This document shows, piece after piece, positions 36,590 through 44,549 of a DNA stretch of 44,549 nucleotides. The DNA is from Octopus bimaculoides (Eukaryota). The translations under genes were made by a program, and so were the position numbers. The notes under the pieces are model-generated. The model saw only the letters and a program-made list of their open reading frames with translations, did not search any database and was not told the origin of the DNA. The first letter of the stretch is position 1, and each line of letters opens with the position of its first letter. Location: positions 25,995,891-26,040,439 of the forward strand of contig NC_068999.1 of assembly GCF_001194135.2 (NCBI RefSeq), in the 5' to 3' direction.

Positions 36590-36990
36590 TATTCACATTT
36601 GTAAAGATTTAAGTTTGGAATATTGTTGTAAACTGATGTTATCAATTTGATCTGGGTTCAACTTAAGGAGTAAAATAACAAAATAATGAAGACAAAAAAT
36701 TTCTAACAATGCAAAAAGGGAAAGGTACAAAGGCCCATCATAAAAAGTGAGTGGTTTAGAAAAGTAAGATTTTGTTGATACTGCCATTTTGATTGCCAAC
36801 AGGGAGGGCCTGAAATATATAAAAGTTATTCAACTTATCCTTTTTGCATTCTTAGAAACTCTCCATCTTCATTACTTTTTATTTTACTTCTGTATCATAA
36901 TGCTTCAAGCAAATTACAATACTCTTCTTAAAATAAGAAATTTGTTGGACATAGATCCGAAATCATATTTAGCCTTTAAATTTCAGGTAA
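36590..36990. mobile_element. Degraded foldback/MITE
   Basis: agtaaaataacaaaataatgaagac...tttctaacaatgcaaaaaggg (about 36670-36720) is mirrored by tcctttttgcattcttagaaa...tcttcattactttttattttact (about 36838-36888). The outer limits are approximate. Confidence 0.5.
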
Positions 36991-37664
36991 ACATATAAAA
37001 TCAGTAACAGGTAACAAATTTATGGAGTAGAATCTGAAAAAGTGTCTTTGCATTAATCCTAGAAATTGAGTATACATATTAAATAATTTTGATACATGTA
37101 AATTTCACAGATTTGTTTCAGTCTCCATTAATCTCATTGATTCTCACATAACATGAATGTTATTTATCTCAACCACAGACAAAAGTACAAAAATCCTTTG
37201 TTCAATTCTCTTCATCCTGTCAGCCCTGAGCATAAGGAGAATAAACAGTGTTTATACCTAATCTCTACACCTAGAGTGCATGAAAATACATGCATATCAA
37301 ATTAAAAGATATTAACTGAAAACTATTCCATAGAAGTACCTAGAAATTGATGATATCATGTGGAATTGGCAATCTGGGAATCTAATACTAATATTGCACC
37401 ATCACTATATTAGCTAACACAGTATCCCCTAGTTTGAGACACCTCACCATCCATGAGAACAGAAATGACTCCTCAAACCCATGCCAGCATGGAAAGTAGA
37501 CTTAAAACAGTGGTAATGCTGATGATGACAATGATGATGGTGGTGGTGGTCATCATCATTGCCATGGTCATAGTAATGATGATCATATGATGATAAGGAT
37601 TATATATGCATGTATGCATATTTTTATGTATGTATGTATCTCTCTCTCTCTCTCTAAACACAAA

Positions 37665-38230
37665 TTATTAAACAAAAGAGAAAGAGGTTTTTGTCGTGTG
37701 CATAGGGTTAAGTATACATTTAATAAATTCAAATAAATTGAAATGAAAAGAATTAAATAGAAACTGTGTGAATAATACAATTACACATAAGAGTAATTCT
37801 TTAAGTTAAATATACTTTTGTTGAATTTAAATAGTTTTATTTAAAAATTAAACACCATGTGTATGCTACCTAAGAATCATGCTTCTACACTATTAATTTA
37901 ATTGACGAATAATGTAGGAACCCAAACTATCAACTAATATATATAAATAAACTATACTAATAATAAGAGGACAAAGGGACTTTTTGTCTGCTCATAAAGT
38001 TTTAAGAATATATATTTAATGAATTTAAATAAATTTGATTTAAATAAATACTGTATGAATAATACAACAATATCTAAGTTCCTAAATCTAAATATACTTT
38101 CTTTGTATTAAAATAATTTTAGGTAAAAATAAACACTGTGTATATGCTAAATAAGAATCATACTTCTATACCATTAATTAAAGAGACAAGTATAAGTTAG
38201 AACCCAAACTATCAACTAATATATCTAAAT
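37665..38230 (+). repeat. AT-rich diverged tandem duplication, period 282 bp
   Basis: gaacccaaactatcaactaatatat at 37918 and 38200; taagaatcat(g/a)cttcta also recurs at a matching offset. Confidence 0.8.
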
Positions 38231-38834
38231 AAATAATTTATATTAATGGCAACTAATATACAATACGAATAAACACGGAAATAAATAAGTAAGAGGTAGC
38301 AAATAAGTATGTACCTACATTTATATTTTTTTACCAATAAATAAAAACATGTAAATAAGATTGTGAACACGATAGATAGTAGAAATGGTAAAGGACAGGT
38401 CTATAAACCTGTATAATTAATGATGAATATGCTTACAGACATACTGAATAGAGATAAGGATAAATGACCAGCTTGTAAAAAGCTGGTTTGCACCACTAAA
38501 AGGTGGTGTACTATGCCTATCCCTTGTCCAGTGAGGTCAAAATCAACCTCTTGCTATTTTTAGAACAGAATCCAAGACACATAGGCTGCAATTCATTTGG
38601 AATGAACTCTCCATCTATTAGGATGTATGAAAAAATAACAGTCAATTTTTACCTTGATAACAATCAATTTTTGCCCTGATGAAGGTAAGCATAAGGTACC
38701 TTCAGAGAAGAACCAACAATAAGCACTAGTATATATGCACATATGAAATTTCCAGTATCATTAATTGATATGGAGCTAAACCAGTGTCTGCTTGGATAAA
38801 TATCCCTAGGAAAGAACAACCTCTTTCCACTCAG

Positions 38835-38861
<27 letters not shown>

Positions 38862-38867
<6 letters not shown>

Positions 38868-39534
38868 CTTTTATCTTTTACTTGTTTCAGTTATTAGACT
38901 GTGGTCATGCTAGGACAATACTTGAAGAATTTAAATTGAATGAATCGCCCCCAGAACTTTTCTTAAACCTGGTACTTATTATATCAGTCTGTTTTGCCGA
39001 ACTACTTGGTTACAGGGATATAAATACACCAACACCAGTTGTGAAATGGTGGTGGGGACAAACACAGACCCAATCACACACACACACACACACACTGATA
39101 TAGATATCATCATCATCATCGCTTAACGTCTGCTTTCCATGCTAGCATGGGTAAGATGATTTGACTGAGGACTGGCGAACCAGATGGCTCCGCTTGGCTC
39201 CAATCTGATTTGGCAAAGTTTCTACAGCTGGATGCCCTTCCTAACGCCAACCACTCCAAAAGTGTAGTGGATGCTTTTACGTGCCACCGGCACAAAGACC
39301 AGTCAGGCGGTACTGGCAGATATACATATATATATATATATATATATANNNNNNNNNNNNNNNNNNNNNNNNNNNNNNNNNNNNNNNNNNNNNNNNNNNN
39401 NNNTTCAGTTTCCATCTATCAAATCCACTCATAAGGCCTGAGGCTATAGTAGAAAATATTTGCACAAGGTTCCATGCAGTGGAACTAAACTGGGACCATG
39501 TGGTTGAGAAACAAACTTCTCACTACATAGCCAA

Positions 39535-39535
<1 letters not shown>
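38862..39535 (-). mobile_element. SINE (26233 family) split by an RTE 3' fragment inserted in its microsatellite
   Basis: SINE 3' half at 38862-39100, RTE tail at 39107-39320 with (CAT)n, a gap, then the SINE 5' half at 39404-39535. Confidence 0.78.
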
Positions 39536-39580
<45 letters not shown>

Positions 39581-40809
39581 AGAGAGAGAGAGAGAGACAG
39601 GCGGAGAGTTGTATCTTACTTAATGAAGACAATGTACGAAAGCCACAATGATGTGGTATTCATCTTGAGAAAGCATCTCATATGGATGTAGAGTGCTAAA
39701 AGCCCATCATTTTGCAATGTAAGTGACTTGCTAGTCTTTCTTTTTTTTATGCAAATATGCAGAGATCCTGGATCTAGCAATTTCTCTACTTGATGCTTTT
39801 CATCTGCTACTAAGAATTCTGTTAACTGGGAATACAACTTAAGCAAGTTAAATAGTATTCCAGCCAAATAAAATTAAATTGGTTCCATTTACATTAAAAT
39901 TTTCAATACAACTTCCATTTCCAGAACTTCATCAACCAAAGTTCAAAATCAAATATATTTTATTCTAGTTATCTACTGCTCCCTTGAAAAAAAAACAGAA
40001 CTTTCTGGTTCTAACTTTCATTACAACCCTGTAAACATTTATTCCAATTCTATTATACTATCAGCAACTCCATTGGTAGATTACTTTTACAGATGACCTT
40101 CACACAATTAACCAGCAAAAGAGCTTTCCTTTGTTGTTACCTATTCCTTCTCCCATTATGTCCATATATTTTTTCTAAACCCACAAACTTCTGTTTCATT
40201 CCCCCCACCCTCCTTGTGATTTTTTACTTCCTTCTCAGTTGCACTGCTATTGTCTTTACATTTCCACTACTTCCATTTCCTTCCTGTTTTTCTACTTTCT
40301 CATTTTTTTTTTCTCTCATGCTATTTACTCTTATTCATTTAAAAAAATTTTTCTTGAATTTTTTCATTTTTAAAATGTCTCTGTCTTCTTTTTCTCTTTC
40401 TTTCTTCTTTCCTTTCCTAGTATTACAATAGTTTTAAATTGCTTTAATGAAATATCTTTCAATTTTGTTTTTAACCTCTGTATGTCTAACAGGAAAATTA
40501 CTTTTTTTATGTTAGAAGAAATAAAACATATTTAACATTGTTGATTTACATCTAAATACTTGGAAATTGATACAAATATTGTACTGAGAAGTCATTTAGT
40601 GCTTGACAGTATAATGATTTTGTCAAAACTTTTAACTAGATGTCAGCTTTGAGAATGCTCTTGCAAAAACCTAGCTTGATTTTAGAACAAATTTCAATTC
40701 TGCAATTGAAGATTTGATCAAGTTTTAGTCATATTTTAAGAAGAAAAACATGTATTATATTCTTTTGTTCATTTATTGGTTTCAGCCATTGGACAGCAGC
40801 CATGCTGAC

Positions 40810-41005
40810 ACGTTGTTATTGGCATTTTGTCTGTCTTAATATTCTGAGTTCAAATTCTGCCAACATTGACTTTGCCGTTCATCCTTTTGGAATTGATTAA
40901 ATTAGTACCAATTGAGCACTGGGATCGATCTAATCAACTTAACCTTCTCCCAAAATTGCTGGCCTTATACCAAAACTTGAAACCATTATTATTACTATTA
41001 TTATT
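40810..41005 (+). mobile_element. Second-family SINE with (TTA)n tail
   Basis: ttctgagttcaaattctgcc...ttcatccttttgg...gatcgatctaatcaact...gaaaccattattattactattattatt. Confidence 0.7.
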
Positions 41006-41740
41006 TTTTGATTTGGCTCAGGTTTGGTCTTATTCCTGGCAGGATTTATGTGGGTAGTGGGTTACTACCTGTAACCTTAGGTGTCCACGAGTTTTCAGCA
41101 GTCTTTCAAGTGTTTAGAACCCTCCTGATAATCTTTCCTATCCCTAAGAGACAAACTTTCTGTAGGAGCTCTACCAGGCATTCTATTTCAATCTCCTTCA
41201 GCCATTTATCTATATTTTTGTTTAGTGTTCCTAACGCACCAATTATTATAGGCACAACCTTTACTTGTTCACATGCTCTAAATTCTTCCTATTTCAAAAT
41301 TCAAGGGATTTTATTTTCTTTGTTTTTCTTCCACTTTCTTTATAATCCTGGAATCAAATAGGCATGATGGGTCAATAAGTAAGCAATTATTATTTTCTAA
41401 CTTCTTGTTTGAATAGGAAAGCCCTACAGAAATCTTACATTTCTCTGACTCCAATACTCTTTCGACTCAATGATTGTACCATGTGTTTCCTGCTTAAAAT
41501 CCCCATTTCTAGCAGAGTTTCCAGGGTAAAATTTTTATAACCTAGTTGTGCCTCCATTTCTTATATTCTTCCTGTGCCAACTTCAGGCATTCTGTCACAT
41601 GTGCCATTGTCTCATTCCAAGTTCCACAGGCTCTACATTTTTCTGACACATTCTCTCCATATATATTTTTTCTCAAGTTGTTTCTTTCTATTGCTTGATC
41701 TTGGGCTGCTACAATTAGGCCATTGAGGTTATAGTGCAGG
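41006..41740 (-). mobile_element. R4/Dong-like (restriction-like endonuclease) LINE 3' fragment, subfamily 1
   Basis: Minus-strand remnants GLIVAAQDQAI...KCRACG...ETMAHV..C.KLAQ.EYKKWRHN, LLIDPS, KVVPIIIGALGT...LLGIGKIIRRVL. Confidence 0.78.
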
Positions 41741-41811
41741 GTCTACCTTTTACTAATCTAGTGCGTGTGTTTATCTGGCAAAAAAAAAAAAATGACCATC
41801 CTGAAATACAA

Positions 41812-42735
41812 CAATATTATTATCCTTGTTGTTATTATTGTTGTTATTATTGCTTTACTTCTCAGAACTTTCAGTCTTGTTTGTTCAGGTAGATTCTGTG
41901 AGAGCAGACAGCAGGCTGCTGTCATTATAAGCTTGGTTGTTAATTATCATGGGAGACATCCAAGTACCAATCTCAAAATCCTAGCTGTCCCCAGCAGAGC
42001 AGTTTTGGGGCTTGCTCTGCTCTCATGTCAATTCAGATTTCTTTGACATATTTCTTGAACTTAGTTGTTAGTGCTCCAAGTACCCCTACAACTACTGGAC
42101 ATTCTCCTCATAGTCCACATTCTTGCAATTTCATCTTTTAGTAGTCTGTACTTTTCAATCTTTTCTGGTTCTTTGTCGCTTATGCATGCATCTCCAGGTA
42201 TTGCTATATCTTTGATCTTGATTTCCTTTTTTTCCTTTATCTACCACAATATCTGGTCTCTGAGTATTGATTAGGGAGTCACATTGGATTGTAAAATCTC
42301 ACACTATTTTATATTCATTGTTCTCAGTGACTCCTTCTGGTTCATATACGTACCATTTCTGTGCTCTGTTCAGTCTGTACTTTTCACATAACCTCCAGTG
42401 GATGAACTTAGCCACGTTATTGTGTCTCCTTTTGTAGTGCTTTTGGGCCAGCTTGCTACAATCACTCACAATATGTGAGATTGTTTTGTTTCTGCTGCCA
42501 CACATCCTACAAAGGGGCAATTCGCTATTCTTATCTATCTGGAACTTGGTGTAATTAGTTCTCAGAGCATGTTCCTGGGCACTACGTATCAATGCCTCAG
42601 GGCATCCTTTCAGATCACTTTTTCTTAGCCATCTCCAAGTGTTGATCTTGTCTTTTCCTTCAATGTCTTCGAGGTATTGGCCATGCAGTGGTTTCATTTT
42701 CCAATATTGCTCTTGCAGTGGCAATTTTCCATTTG
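41812..42735 (-). mobile_element. R4/Dong-like LINE 3' fragment, subfamily 2
   Basis: WKMKPLHGQY...WRWL...SAQEHALRT...CRMCG...ISHIVSDC.KLA...RHN.VA..IHW.LC (CCHC finger), then RPDIVV...DIAIP (PD-(D/E)xK RLE) and LLGTARILR, ending in a (TAA/CAA)n tail. Confidence 0.88.
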
Positions 42736-42744
42736 ATAAATGAA

Positions 42745-43060
42745 GTACCAGTGAAACACTAGAGTCGATGTAATCCACTAGTCCCCTCACCCCAAATTTT
42801 AGGCCTTGTGGCTTTACTAGAAAGGATTATTATTATTGTTGTTGTTGTTGTTGTTGTTATCATTATCATTATCATCATCATTATTATTACTATCATTATT
42901 AAGAAGGCAGTGAGCTGGCAGAATCATTAGTATGTTGAGCAAAATGCTCAGTGGTATTTTTCTATGCTCTGAGTTCATATTCTGTTGTGGTTGATTTTGC
43001 CCTTCATCCTTTCGTCCTTTCATAAAAGAATTACCAGTTGATTACTTGGGTTGATTTAAT
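42745..43060 (+). mobile_element. Two adjacent second-family SINE pieces separated by a (TTA)(TTG)(TCA) compound trinucleotide tail
   Basis: 3' end ccccaaattttaggccttgtg...agaaaggattatt, then a new head ggcagtgagctggcagaatcattag at about 42905. Confidence 0.7.
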
Positions 43061-43140
43061 CAAAATTCTGGAAGCTATTCTCACCACCTGCAGTTTGTCC
43101 CTACTGTGTTCCCTCCTACATTTAGTCATACAAGTAAATA

Positions 43141-43682
43141 CAGGGTGTCCCAGAATTAATCATGATTTGAGTGAAACTGAATGCATGTTTTTTAAAACTC
43201 ACTTTCATTTATGTTTATCATGTTTAATATGTGTTAAAAGTGTATAAATTTAGAATTTTGTTTATAATTTTATTTTCGTTCCTGTTGGACTGCTCTTATT
43301 TGTCCATGACAGCTTTTTTTCATTTCGGCAGCAATCATTTTCTTTACCATCCCCAAGATGGGGCAATCGTTTAGCTGAGCTTAAAGAATACATTCAGTTA
43401 GCAGTGCAGAAGCTAACTCCTGAAATGCTTCAAAATGTATTTCACAACACTAAGGAGAGATTTGAAGTATGCAGGGATACAGACACTTTTTATTTTTTAT
43501 ATCCAGTTTCAGCACACAAGCTGTGGCCATGCTGGGGTACCGCTGTTGTTGAAAATTTCCAATAAAAGTTTAATGAAAGATTTATAAATCTATTTGTTTT
43601 GGTAATAAACATAAAATACTGTCAGTTTTTTAAAAATTTGCTCAATTTCATTGAAACAGATAGTTAATTCTGGAACAACTTG
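43141..43682 (+). mobile_element. Tc1/mariner deletion derivative (542 bp)
   Basis: TA-flanked TIR cagggtgtcccagaattaa / ttaattctggaacaacttg; C-terminal transposase trace LAELKEYIQLAVQKLTPEMLQNVF...RFEVC. Confidence 0.75.
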
Positions 43683-43819
43683 TATGGTGTAGCATTGTTA
43701 GTTGTTGCGTTGCTCAAGTATATATTAAAATCAAAGGTCTTCTTGCTGTAAACATCTCATCTTCTTGTTAAGCATATTGTATCAAGGAGTATATTATCCA
43801 AAATGTATCTCTCCTTTAT

Positions 43820-43945
43820 AGGCGTGGCTGTGTAGTTGAGAAGCTTTCTTTCCAGCCATGTTGCCTTAGGTTCAATCCTACTGTGCGGTATATTGAGCAA
43901 TTCTCTTTCATTACAGCTCCATGCTGATCAAAGCCTTGTGTATTT
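43820..43945 (+). mobile_element. Degraded SINE head
   Basis: ggcgtggctgtgtagttgagaagct...aggttcaatcc...gatcaaagccttgtg. Confidence 0.65.
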
Positions 43946-44549
43946 TATAATTGCCATTACTGTATTGATATATAAAATAACACATACAACTCACTTATTA
44001 TTGTCATATAATAAACAAACAGAAGTTCGTGTATGAAATTGATCTTTTTTCTACTTCAATTATTACATGCCTTTCCCTTATAAGATACACACATACAGGA
44101 GATGTAAATCTATATATATAATAACACCTTCAATGTGGCTCCCAAGAAAGAGTAAAAGTAATTACCCAATCAACGACGGATATTTCTGCTAGTATATATA
44201 TATATATATATGTAATGTATATATATAATGTACACGTTTTTAATATAATACATGTAAATTTATAACTTCATCATACCGTATATATTTACCCATTATATGT
44301 TATATCATAATGTATGTTTACACATCGTAATGTTTTAACTTTAATTTGTCATATTTTTATACAACTTAGAAATCATGCATATTTATAAATATTTTTTTAA
44401 TAAATATTTCGAACATTCATGATATTTCTAAAGTTTTTATTGTTGTATTTGCTTGTCTTTTTACCGTACCCTTTAGACACTTTAGAGACTGAATACTATA
44501 AATTCATTTATTGATTCTTGAAGGAATTGAACACACATATTGTACCTTA

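Noticed and set aside
42299-42790. 163-aa ORF as an intact gene
   Set aside because: Its first 25 or so codons come from an adjacent SINE, and the rest is a 5'-truncated R4/Dong ORF with downstream stops.

Overview
This is AT-rich, microsatellite-dense animal DNA with nine assembly gaps. Its SINE families and RTE tails look like a cephalopod (Octopus-type) scaffold. I found no intact host protein-coding gene, and most ORFs in the supplied track are microsatellite or N-run artefacts. The window is almost entirely transposon-derived. (1) A nest at 6-17 kb holds hAT and Tc1/mariner MITEs and a mariner split by two different solo-LTR-like insertions, one carrying a Merlin-like MITE with a telomeric-repeat palindrome. 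It also holds an internally deleted Gypsy element with an unusually long, duplicated tRNA-Trp primer-binding site. (2) A cluster at 17-24 kb holds four diverged Tx1/L1-ORF1-like reading frames (RRM-like region, CCHC knuckle, charged linker) with no ORF2. Three are tandem on the minus strand, one is divergent on the plus strand, and several are flanked by consensus splice sites. (3) An older region at 25-44.5 kb holds SINEs, two Chapaev3-like transposase remnants, CR1-like, RTE and R4/Dong LINE fragments, and palindromic MITEs. A possible first exon of a minus-strand host gene ends at 3597. All element boundaries, TSDs and translations were read by hand; family names rest on recalled motifs, not database searches.
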